Shown here: positions 7,163 through 15,471 of the stretch, one piece after another | Layout: each line of letters opens with the position of its first letter | Position numbering within the stretch: position 1 is the stretch's first letter | Assembly (NCBI GenBank): GCA_029858305.1 | Contig: JAOUFI010000038.1 | Coordinates: 1-19,600, forward strand | DNA: 19,600 nt | Direction of reading: 5' to 3' | DNA from: Candidatus Thorarchaeota archaeon | GTDB taxonomy: Archaea > Asgardarchaeota > Thorarchaeia > Thorarchaeales > Thorarchaeaceae | Notes under the pieces: generated by a model | Databases searched by the model: none | Told to the model about the DNA's origin: nothing | Seen by the model: the letters and a program-made list of their open reading frames with translations, nothing else | Program-made: the position numbers and the translations under genes

Positions 7163-7913
7163 CTATCAAAGAAATACGGGTATGATTGTGTGTATATTTG
7201 CAGTTATTGTAGTTGGTGCAATTACTGTAGGTCTAATATCCTATTATGGCAACACCAACTGGAACTGGAATCCCAATCCCCCAACCACTGACTTTGCCTT
7301 TGAGGCAGAGGTGGGTACTATAAATGGGACTATCACCTTGGATGTGGCACTCGAAACTGGCGCCATCAATGTGATCTTTGTTGATAACGCATCTTTGCTG
7401 TACGATATCAATATGAGAGTTCAGAATACAACTCTTGAAGATGATGGAGCCCCAGTAGTGACTTTTCTGAGCAATACTATAGGATTGGATTATACAGCAG
7501 CTGCTGTTAACATCACTCTTGGCAGCGGAGTCAACTATACTCTGGACATTCACACCACGACTGGTGGCGTAGCTCTAGAACTGACTGAGGGAGCTCACAT
7601 TGGTGATGTGACGATTTTAGTCACCACTGGTGCGATTGATCTAGGAATGACGGACGATGTCATCCTAATTGGAAGCCCAACCTTTGATCTCCAGACTACG
7701 ACTGGTTCGATTACAATTGATGTTGATCTTCCTTCAGGTATTGGTGGTAGTGTAGAGTGTGCTGTAACAACCGGTAGCATTGATATCAGCGCAACCGGTT
7801 GGACCCAGATTACTTCAAACCACTACGAAACCACCGACTATGATACTGCTTTGCAGACAATTACTTTGGTCGCAGAAACAACAATTGGCAGCATAGATGC
7901 AATCTTCACATAG
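7155..7913 (+). CDS. Membrane-anchored beta-repeat protein (DUF4097/putative adhesin-like)
   Basis: ATG at 7155 with an AGGTG SD, overlapping the upstream stop (ORF track: 7044). N-terminal TM helix, repeated xTTG[AGS]I beta motifs, and N-glycosylation sequons (NGT, NAS, NTT, NIT, NYT). Confidence 0.78.
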   Translation: MSNYQRNTGMIVCIFAVIVVGAITVGLISYYGNTNWNWNPNPPTTDFAFEAEVGTINGTITLDVALETGAINVIFVDNASLLYDINMRVQNTTLEDDGAPVVTFLSNTIGLDYTAAAVNITLGSGVNYTLDIHTTTGGVALELTEGAHIGDVTILVTTGAIDLGMTDDVILIGSPTFDLQTTTGSITIDVDLPSGIGGSVECAVTTGSIDISATGWTQITSNHYETTDYDTALQTITLVAETTIGSIDAIFT

Positions 7914-7923
7914 GCTATAGCAT

Positions 7924-7954
7924 GAGGGGGTTTCCCCCTCTCTCTTCTTTTTTT
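7924..7954 (+). terminator. Intrinsic terminator: hairpin plus U-rich tract
   Basis: GAGGGGG-TTT-CCCCCTC followed by TCTCTTCTTTTTTT, 10 nt after the stop at 7913. Confidence 0.75.
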
Positions 7955-7982
7955 CTGTGAACCGGAACGGTTAAGGTTAAGC

Positions 7983-9377
7983 ATGGTATTCCCTCTTCCA
8001 AGAGTGGTGTTTTACGTGCTCGAGGTACATTCACAATCGACTGAGAATGGATTCAATGTCCAATTCAAGAATAATGTGTATCCAGTGACCTATCCAAAAG
8101 GCTACTGGAAGAAGACTCCTGAGCAGACTCGAATAGCCTTGACAGAGAATCTTGCACTTGCTGCAACAATGCATCTGCCATTGGTCTTCAAGGACTACAC
8201 CATCAGATATCATTCTGCGAAACCTCTCTTAGAACCCTATTTTGTAGAGAATTTCCTTAGGGACATTCCTTCCTGCGCTGAGGTAGACGGAACGGACACC
8301 GCTGAAATGGTTCGAGAATTTTTTGATGTCCGGTTTTTATATGATGATTCCGAGCTCACGCTTCCCGCATCTGAATCTGTTGAAGATGGTTATCGCGCAA
8401 TTGTGGGACTTAGTTTTGGTAAAGACAGCTTGCTCACCTATGCCGTGGCTGATGAACTAGGTCTCGAACCAGAGATTGCGTATCTTGTAGAAGAAAGCAT
8501 GACATATGAAGAGAAGCACAAGACTGCCTTAGCTGCGAAGTTCAAAGAGGAGTTTGGCAAATCCCTCCACATCCTCAAACATGACACAGGAAAACTGAGG
8601 GATTACAAGCATCTAGGTCTTCCCTTCACAGAGCTTGGATGGGGTCTTCAATCAACGGAGTATGCGATTGAGTTCATCCCTCTTGCATATGCCCTACAGG
8701 GCAAGTACATTCTCTTCGGAAATGAACAGACCACAGGTGAGACCTATGTGAATGAAAAGGATGGATGGCTTATCTATCCCTGCTACGATCAGTCACACAT
8801 ATGGACAGTTCACATCAGCCGAATAACAGAGATGTTCTCGAGCGAATCGGTAAAGACTGGGAGCCTTATCGAACCACTGATGGATATGATGGTTCAGAGG
8901 ACCCTTGCACACAGATATCCTGAAATTGCTAAATATCAGATGAGTTGTTTCACCGAGACGGAAGCTGGACGCGACTATCACTGGTGCCATGACTGCACAA
9001 TCTGTGGTAAGATGTACCTGTTGTGTGCCGGAAGTGGGATTGATCCAAAGAATGTCGGATTTCGTCTGAACATGCTTGAGCGTGATAAACGTCGACACTT
9101 CACCCTGTTCGGGGGCAAGTCTGCGCTTACCTATGCCAATACCGCAACGGCACGAGATGAACAGCTATTCGCCTTCTATTGTGCAGTAAAGAAAGATGCA
9201 AAAGGTGGACTTGTTGAGGATTTCAAGAAGTCCGAACTATACAGAGAGGCCCAGACCAGAGAGGACGAGCTATTCAAACGATTCATCTCCCTCTATGACC
9301 CAATTACTGTACCCTCTGAACTCAAGAATCAGGTGATGTCCATCTATCGTGAAGAGATTGCTTCCTTTGAGTTCTAA
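7983..9377 (+). CDS. PP-loop (adenine nucleotide alpha-hydrolase) ATPase, MurL-like peptide epimerase homolog
   Basis: PP-loop GLSFGKDSLL, then FGNE, SLIEPL, MSC and WCHDCTICGK in the order I recall for MurL. The true start may be GTG at 8016 (SD GAGTGGTG). Confidence 0.7.
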   Translation: MVFPLPRVVFYVLEVHSQSTENGFNVQFKNNVYPVTYPKGYWKKTPEQTRIALTENLALAATMHLPLVFKDYTIRYHSAKPLLEPYFVENFLRDIPSCAEVDGTDTAEMVREFFDVRFLYDDSELTLPASESVEDGYRAIVGLSFGKDSLLTYAVADELGLEPEIAYLVEESMTYEEKHKTALAAKFKEEFGKSLHILKHDTGKLRDYKHLGLPFTELGWGLQSTEYAIEFIPLAYALQGKYILFGNEQTTGETYVNEKDGWLIYPCYDQSHIWTVHISRITEMFSSESVKTGSLIEPLMDMMVQRTLAHRYPEIAKYQMSCFTETEAGRDYHWCHDCTICGKMYLLCAGSGIDPKNVGFRLNMLERDKRRHFTLFGGKSALTYANTATARDEQLFAFYCAVKKDAKGGLVEDFKKSELYREAQTREDELFKRFISLYDPITVPSELKNQVMSIYREEIASFEF

Positions 9378-9438
9378 AAGTCTTCACCATAGTATCAAGC
9401 ATATAAGTAAAACATGAAACTACTAGGCTGTGTGAGAT

Positions 9439-10434
9439 ATGCGAGTCGCAGTGATTCTAAATACAAGAAGGGACGAGTCTGAGTTCGAGGTCGAGTATGA
9501 TCCTCCTCATACGATTGAGATGATCAAACACGGTATCGAGGCCGCAGGACACGAGTACCTCTTTATTGAGGGCAATGAAGGTGTTCTAGAAAGTCTCCAA
9601 CGAGAAAGACCCGATTTGGTCTTCAACAGATCTGAGGGAGTGCGTGGAGAGAGTAGAGAGTCTCATGTCCCAGCAATCATGGAAATGCTTGGAATCCCCT
9701 ATGTGGGGGCGAATGTCCTCACTACAGCAGTATGCCTTAACAAAGGTTGGACAAAGAAAGTGCTGTCCTACCACGGTATCCTGACGCCTAAATTCAACAT
9801 TGTTTCAAGCCTTGAAGAAGTCGATTCTATCAAGTTCGAATATCCTGTTATACTCAAACCAAATGAGGAGGGATCTTCAGTAGGCATTAATGAAGACAAC
9901 GTGGTACACAACATAACCCAGCTCAAGGCTAAATTGAAGGATATGCTGAGTGAATATGTGCAATCAATCCTCATTGAGCAGTTCATTGAGGGAAGAGAGT
10001 TTAGTGTGGGCATTCTTGGTACTCCTGAAGGACCTCCAGAAGTTCTCCCCATTGTTGAGATCGATTTCACAAATATGCCTCCAGAGGTTGGTGGAGTGCT
10101 TGGGCAGAGGGCTAAAACAATACTAGATGACCTAAGTCATTATGTCTGCCCCGCAAAGATAGATGCAAAGACTAAGGGGCGCATTGAAGAAATCACACTT
10201 GATGTCTGCAAATACCTTGAGGTGCCAGACTTCGGCCGAATTGATTTCAGGATGGACAAGAAGGGGCGGATTTTTTTCCTTGAAATCAATCCCCTCCCGG
10301 GCATGGACTTTGATCTTGAAGAGCAAGATATCTCATTCTTCCCGTTCATGGCAAAGCAGGGAGGATACACCTATGATGAGCTCATCCGTAGATTACTCGA
10401 GTCTGCAATACACAGATATGGTCTGAAAAAATAG
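9439..10434 (+). CDS. D-Ala-D-Ala ligase-like ATP-grasp enzyme
   Basis: DLVFN.SEG..GESRE, GIPYVG, LNK, YPVILKPNEEGSSVGI, IEQFIEGREFSVGILG, GRIDFR, FLEINPLPG. The N-terminus (EYDPPHTI) lacks the GGxSxE motif of true Ddl. Confidence 0.9.
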   Translation: MRVAVILNTRRDESEFEVEYDPPHTIEMIKHGIEAAGHEYLFIEGNEGVLESLQRERPDLVFNRSEGVRGESRESHVPAIMEMLGIPYVGANVLTTAVCLNKGWTKKVLSYHGILTPKFNIVSSLEEVDSIKFEYPVILKPNEEGSSVGINEDNVVHNITQLKAKLKDMLSEYVQSILIEQFIEGREFSVGILGTPEGPPEVLPIVEIDFTNMPPEVGGVLGQRAKTILDDLSHYVCPAKIDAKTKGRIEEITLDVCKYLEVPDFGRIDFRMDKKGRIFFLEINPLPGMDFDLEEQDISFFPFMAKQGGYTYDELIRRLLESAIHRYGLKK

Positions 10435-10484
10435 ATGGCCCTTTTCCGTCATCCGGTTTGATATTCACTGAGTGGGTGATAAAG

Positions 10485-11003
10485 GTGAATCGCGCAAGAA
10501 AAGACCCAATCTGGGAAGATATTAGAAATGATCTCAAACCTATCCTTGGTGATGGAGTTGAGCTCGTCTTTCCGGAAACTTGGTCAAAGACGCATTTGTC
10601 ATGGTATCGGGAGATTGAACAGAGTTCATTTCGTCCCTCTCTTACATATAGTGAAGAAGAGATTATGGAGCGCTTATCAGAGGAAGATGTGCTCATGATG
10701 TTCATAACCGTCGATGGTAATCCGGAGGGGCTGCTTTTGGGCTACACCCTTGGAGGAGTTTCTGTTGAGACCTACTATCTAGATACAATTGCAGTAAAGC
10801 AGAAGGGACGAGGTATTGGTCGCATTATTTTGACTGTGCTCATCAAATGGGCAAAGAAAATGGGATACCGGCGAATGCAACTTGATACAGAGTATGAGAA
10901 CGAGAAAGGAATTCCTCTCAGCTCATTCTATGAACATCTGGGATTCAAGATTGTAGACATAGATGATGAAATTGGGAATATCACTATGCAACTTACCCTC
11001 TGA
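10485..11003 (+). CDS. GNAT-family N-acetyltransferase
   Basis: YLDTIAV..KGRGIGR acetyl-CoA motif A and FYEHLGF. GTG at 10485 has a GGGTGA SD (ORF track: TTG at 10458). Confidence 0.88.
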   Translation: MNRARKDPIWEDIRNDLKPILGDGVELVFPETWSKTHLSWYREIEQSSFRPSLTYSEEEIMERLSEEDVLMMFITVDGNPEGLLLGYTLGGVSVETYYLDTIAVKQKGRGIGRIILTVLIKWAKKMGYRRMQLDTEYENEKGIPLSSFYEHLGFKIVDIDDEIGNITMQLTL

Positions 11004-11041
11004 TTTAATGCTTGATTAAAGCCACAAAAGGAGGATAGTCA

Positions 11042-12040
11042 CTACTCGAAGTCTCTTCCTGTAAGTACGGCCACGAAAGTCCCCTTAACAGTTACTTTGT
11101 TGTCTGCAAGGTCATTCATGACAGCTAGGGTGCTAGCAGATGCTGGCAATACATGAAGACCTTCCTCCTGTCTAAGATGTCTATTGAACTCCATCATCTT
11201 AGCCTCTGAAGCATAGTCTGCAAACCCATTAGACTCGTATATTGCATCTAAGGCCTCCTGACCATCATATGCATGCCAATTGGTGAGAGGTTCATTGAAT
11301 TTAGTTTCCTTGATTTCCTCACGAGCAAGGTCCTTAATGATTCGACTATTCATCTTGAATGATTTTACAATGGGATTACCACGACGTGTACTCGTTGCAA
11401 CCATCCTTGGTACTGTAACTATCTTTCCTGTATCATAGAGTTTCTTGAATCCTAGATATATTCCAGCAAGTGTTGTACCATTCCCAACCGGACAAAACAC
11501 AAAGTTTGGTGCTCTTCGGATATCACGATAGATTTCAAATGCAATCTCCCCGTATGCTTCAAGAGAGATTTCCTTGACTCCAGGAGTTCCCGGATTAGCA
11601 TTATACCAGCCATTCTCTACAGCAATTTTAGATGACAATTCGACAAGGTCCTCATATTGACCTGGTTCAAAGTGCAGCTCAGCTCTGGCATCTGCAATTC
11701 GTTTCATTCGATCTTTTGGAACATGATATCCATGAGGAATGTAAATGTGAGCTGGGATGTCAACAATCCTTGCAGCCCAAGCTAATGCCGCTCCAAAATT
11801 GCCACATGATGCAGCACATACCGCCTTCGCTCCCTGAGAGCGTGCGTTTTCAACAATTGCGAGTGCGATCCTATCTTTTTGCGTCCCAGTAGGATTTCCT
11901 CCCTCGAATTTGAGAAAGAGTCGTTCGCAACCCACTAAATGAGTGAGGTTCCGCGCTTCAATAAAAGTTGTTGAGCCCAGAAACTCTCTCCAGTTAATCT
12001 TACCCCCTCGCTTTAGGGGGCTCCCGTTTTCAATAGTCAT
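11042..12040 (-). CDS. PLP-dependent fold-type II enzyme (threonine synthase-like)
   Basis: LKFEGGNPTGTQKDR (Schiff-base Lys), ASCGNFG, PVGNGTTLAG phosphate loop, VAVLTG. Start is ATG 12040 or GTG 12055. Confidence 0.9.
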   Translation of the reverse strand: MTIENGSPLKRGGKINWREFLGSTTFIEARNLTHLVGCERLFLKFEGGNPTGTQKDRIALAIVENARSQGAKAVCAASCGNFGAALAWAARIVDIPAHIYIPHGYHVPKDRMKRIADARAELHFEPGQYEDLVELSSKIAVENGWYNANPGTPGVKEISLEAYGEIAFEIYRDIRRAPNFVFCPVGNGTTLAGIYLGFKKLYDTGKIVTVPRMVATSTRRGNPIVKSFKMNSRIIKDLAREEIKETKFNEPLTNWHAYDGQEALDAIYESNGFADYASEAKMMEFNRHLRQEEGLHVLPASASTLAVMNDLADNKVTVKGTFVAVLTGRDFE

Positions 12041-12159
12041 ATTGTTTCTTACCACATATTGTTACTATTTGGGCACTGTACGTCACATATCGAACTACTT
12101 AAAGTAAGTTGTTGGTGCTTGCACTTATTATTGTTACTCAAATAGACAAACTACGCGCG

Positions 12160-13416
12160 TTACGAAATTCGTTTGATGCGTGCCTTGCATTCTGCTGCTT
12201 TTGATGCATCTCCAATCTCTTCGAATAACCTTTGAGCGACGACCCATGTTCGTTTTGCTTCTAGATTTCTATCTAAGAGCTCTAGCATGAGAGCTCGATA
12301 GTATAGATGCGTAGGATTTCCTGGATCCACCGAGAATGCAAGATCGAAATCAGAAAGGGCTTCATCATACCGCTCAAGTGAGTAGTATATGAGTCCTCGC
12401 TGATGTGCCACATCTGCATTGTTCGGAGCAAGAGCAAGAGCTGTGTTGAGATATTCTAGGGCGGTATTCTCATCGTTCATCAAGAGCATGACCGAACCAT
12501 TTCTCACCCATGATTCAACATGTTCAGGATCTGCATTGATTGCTTTCTGGTACGCATGTGATGCCTGCTGGTAGGCCTTTCGATTTCTATGCACATCGCC
12601 TTTCTTAATCCACAATTCTGGATCATCGAATTTGATACTCACAGCCTTGTCATAATAATAAATTGCAGTCTCCAAGTCATTCTTCTCGAAGTAGATGTCA
12701 CCCATTGTGGCAAGCGCATATGGTTGTTCATTATCAATTGAGAGCGCCTTTGTGAGGACACCAATAGCATTGTCATATTGCTTGAGAATGAGATAGATAC
12801 TTCCAAGCTCCATCAAGGCTGGTAGAAAAGCCTGATCTGCCTGTACTGACCGTTTTAACCATGTAACCGCAAGTTCTAGTTCTCCTCTTGCTCTGAAGTA
12901 TTTTCCCTTCCCAAAGAGAGCTCGAGGCATGTTGACATTGATATGTAGTGCTGTATCCAGATTTCTGTTGCACTCATCAAATTCCCCTTTTTTCAACTGA
13001 GCCATGGCCAAGTATACAAGCGCTGTTACGTTTTCTGAATCTATTGCTAGGGCACTCCCGAAACAACTAATGGCATCCTTCGGATCACCTACCATATAGT
13101 ATGCAAGACCCATGCTGATCCAGGCCTTAATTTGATCACTGTCAAGTCCGAGGGTCATCTCATACAGGATAATAGCTCTGCTGTAGTTTGCCTCGCGAAG
13201 ATGGATATCTGCAAGTCGTGTGAGAAGAGGCGGTATTCGCTCATCGTACTTTACTGTATCAAGCACCTCTTGAAGATCTTTCTCTAAATCTCCAAGCTGT
13301 CTTCTCTCGCGGGTCATGATTGTGACGGGGCGGATTCGTTCTGGCTCAATCTCTCTGGATGAGCTCATGTGTTCGAGCTTTGAATCCAATGCTTCCAGCA
13401 ACTCATCAGTTTCCAA
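12160..13416 (-). CDS. Tetratricopeptide repeat (TPR) protein
   Basis: About 10 consecutive 34-aa repeats (AW..MG.AY...G....AI..F..AL.ID). TTG start with a GAGGGGT SD. No catalytic domain evident. Confidence 0.92.
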   Translation of the reverse strand: METDELLEALDSKLEHMSSSREIEPERIRPVTIMTRERRQLGDLEKDLQEVLDTVKYDERIPPLLTRLADIHLREANYSRAIILYEMTLGLDSDQIKAWISMGLAYYMVGDPKDAISCFGSALAIDSENVTALVYLAMAQLKKGEFDECNRNLDTALHINVNMPRALFGKGKYFRARGELELAVTWLKRSVQADQAFLPALMELGSIYLILKQYDNAIGVLTKALSIDNEQPYALATMGDIYFEKNDLETAIYYYDKAVSIKFDDPELWIKKGDVHRNRKAYQQASHAYQKAINADPEHVESWVRNGSVMLLMNDENTALEYLNTALALAPNNADVAHQRGLIYYSLERYDEALSDFDLAFSVDPGNPTHLYYRALMLELLDRNLEAKRTWVVAQRLFEEIGDASKAAECKARIKRIS

Positions 13417-13485
13417 TGACTACCCCTCATTGAATGATGATTCTCTCTCTTATCAAACTTTGTAACTTCTAAATTGTGTTTGGAA

Positions 13486-13779
13486 TCATGAGAGATGAGT
13501 GAATATCCAAATGCTAAACGCTATTGTAAGGATAATCGCAAAAGCAAGGAATACGGGGTACGCAGACCTGTCAAAGGACTTGAGGCTGCCCCAAAGACCA
13601 AGCACTCCACTAAAAATCATGATAGAACATATTACTACGACTGCAAAAGGTTGGAAGCTTTCGGGGATGATTCCAGAAATCTGTGCAAAAGCAATGAAAA
13701 GAAGACAGAAAAGAAACATCCACCTACCAATTGCACGAAATGGATGATAGCTATCCCCATACTTCATGATTCGAATCAT
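13486..13779 (-). CDS. Small membrane protein with about 3 TM helices, unknown function
   Basis: Three hydrophobic segments; co-oriented with its neighbours. Start uncertain (13833, 13779 or 13767). Confidence 0.7.
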   Translation of the reverse strand: MIRIMKYGDSYHPFRAIGRWMFLFCLLFIAFAQISGIIPESFQPFAVVVICSIMIFSGVLGLWGSLKSFDRSAYPVFLAFAIILTIAFSIWIFTHLS

Positions 13780-13889
13780 CTTCTCTTCCTTCTTGAGTAC
13801 TCTATTTTTCGCTCTTGGAAGGAAATCAATCATTTTCTAATGGTTCTGATTGCTCTTGAATATTGTGAAGCATTTTCCTCTACGAGGTC

Positions 13890-14579
13890 CTAGAAACTAT
13901 AGACAAGCACGCAGAGTGAAAGCAGGAAAATGGCAAGATAGTATGTTGTGAGGATGATGATTTCTCCATTCTTGATATCATGATGGAACTCTCTGATACC
14001 AATGACGGAATCCGAGAATACAAAGAATATCGCACCTACAAAAGGAATGAATCCGAGTAATGTTCCTGATGTTAGCCACAGGAGAAGAGAGGTGCTCAGT
14101 GTCAGAGAGATCATGAGTGCATAGACATTCACTGCCTTAAGCAAGGCAGGTTCAACTTCCTTCGTGGTCGTCGTAAGGTATCTCTGGTAGAGGACAATGT
14201 AGACAAGCATGACAGCAAGACATATGGCAAAGACAACAAGTGGAATCATCTGCAGTCCAAGAAGGGTACTCTGCCAGACGAAATTAACTGTATAGAAGAT
14301 GTGCGAGAAGAGGAAAAGACCGAGTCCTGGAAGGATGTTTATCTCCATACCGATGTCGCCAAATGCACAGAGAACAAGAGCCACCGCCAGGAGTGGGTAG
14401 AAGAGATTTGCAGAGGGCAGTGTGAGGATGATGAAGACAGCTCCAGAAAGAGCTGGAATGGGCTTGATGATCTTGATGAGCCCGGTCCTTGTCTTGAGTG
14501 ACTCGCTTGACTTTAGCGCAATAGTGATAATCGCGCAGATCCAGAATACCACACTATAGATTTCGAGCGACATAGTCAT
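13890..14579 (-). CDS. YhhN/TMEM86-family lysoplasmalogenase-like membrane hydrolase
   Basis: IKPIP, GD, GLGLFLFSHIFY, GAIFFVFSDSVIG and TYYLA motifs, with about 7-8 TM helices. Start is 14579 or 14573. Confidence 0.88.
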   Translation of the reverse strand: MTMSLEIYSVVFWICAIITIALKSSESLKTRTGLIKIIKPIPALSGAVFIILTLPSANLFYPLLAVALVLCAFGDIGMEINILPGLGLFLFSHIFYTVNFVWQSTLLGLQMIPLVVFAICLAVMLVYIVLYQRYLTTTTKEVEPALLKAVNVYALMISLTLSTSLLLWLTSGTLLGFIPFVGAIFFVFSDSVIGIREFHHDIKNGEIIILTTYYLAIFLLSLCVLVYSF

Positions 14580-14761
14580 TCCTTGAAGCACATCCGGCTT
14601 AAGAATCTTTGATTTTTCTATCGTGTGGTAACGATACCGCCATCCTGACTGACTTTAGGTTCGATATCTGCTCACATCATGACCAATGGCATTGTACACA
14701 AACTTTAGCCTGCTTTAAAAGAGGAACTGAATCGCAATTCCTTGAATTAGAGGAATTGGCT

Positions 14762-15427
14762 TTGACAAGACAGACATCAATGGGTATTCGTCAACTAGCG
14801 GTCTGGGCTGGTGTCATTGGACCGATTCTCTTCATTGCGATCTTTACTGTAGAAGGATTTCTTCGTTCTGACTATAATCCAATCAGTACTTACATCAGCG
14901 ACCTATCAATTGGTCCTCGCGGAATTATTCAGATCGTGAACTTCTTTATCTTTGCGGCCTTGTTTTTCTTCTTCTCATATGGGCTCTCTCTAGAGTATCG
15001 TACTAGAAACAGGTCATTGAATGGACCGAGAATTCTGATGCTGATGGCAATTCTTTTCTTCCTCACCGGCCTTTTTGTCACCGACCCCATTCACACACCA
15101 CTATTTGAGATGACCTGGCAGGGTATTGTCCATAACATCATTGGATTCATCATCTTCTCGCTCTTTCCTATCAGTTGCTATGTCTTCTGGCGTGCGTTTT
15201 GCGAACATGATGAGTCGAGATCATTTCAGAAGCTAACGCTTGCTGTAGGTGTGATAATCACGGTTGGACTCCTGGCCTTTGCTGTCGCGTTAATAGGTGC
15301 GGTATTGACACCAAATGCTCTGACCGATTATGCTGGACTCATACAGCGAATAGATATCATCACATTCCTGCTATGGGTTGTTGCCCTTGCATGGAATTAT
15401 CGAAAGCACTTGCATCCGCAGCTATGA
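14762..15427 (+). CDS. DUF998-family membrane protein
   Basis: YNPISTYISDLSIG, QIVNF, GLFVTDP, G.VH and GLIQR motifs. Likely start is TTG 14762 (GAGGA upstream) or ATG 14780; the extension to 14609 does not look protein-like. Confidence 0.85.
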   Translation: MTRQTSMGIRQLAVWAGVIGPILFIAIFTVEGFLRSDYNPISTYISDLSIGPRGIIQIVNFFIFAALFFFFSYGLSLEYRTRNRSLNGPRILMLMAILFFLTGLFVTDPIHTPLFEMTWQGIVHNIIGFIIFSLFPISCYVFWRAFCEHDESRSFQKLTLAVGVIITVGLLAFAVALIGAVLTPNALTDYAGLIQRIDIITFLLWVVALAWNYRKHLHPQL

Positions 15428-15471
15428 GTTCCATTGGGATTTGGTCCCTGAATCCTGCAACTGTATGAGTC

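Noticed and set aside
9439-10434. Calling this gene ddl and inferring peptidoglycan synthesis
   Set aside because: It lacks the N-terminal GGxSxE motif, and no mur ligase genes are in the window.
11042-12040. Assigning the symbol thrC
   Set aside because: The motifs deviate (TGTQKDR, ASCGNFG) and no threonine-pathway genes are adjacent. Only the fold family is supported.
13486-13779. KYG near the N-terminus of the small membrane protein as another splicease site
   Set aside because: It is 11 kb from the enzyme, lacks the SISPxDF context, and YG dipeptides are common by chance.
13495-13893. + strand ORFs of 132 and 82 aa
   Set aside because: They are antisense to a more plausible TM protein that is co-oriented with its neighbours.
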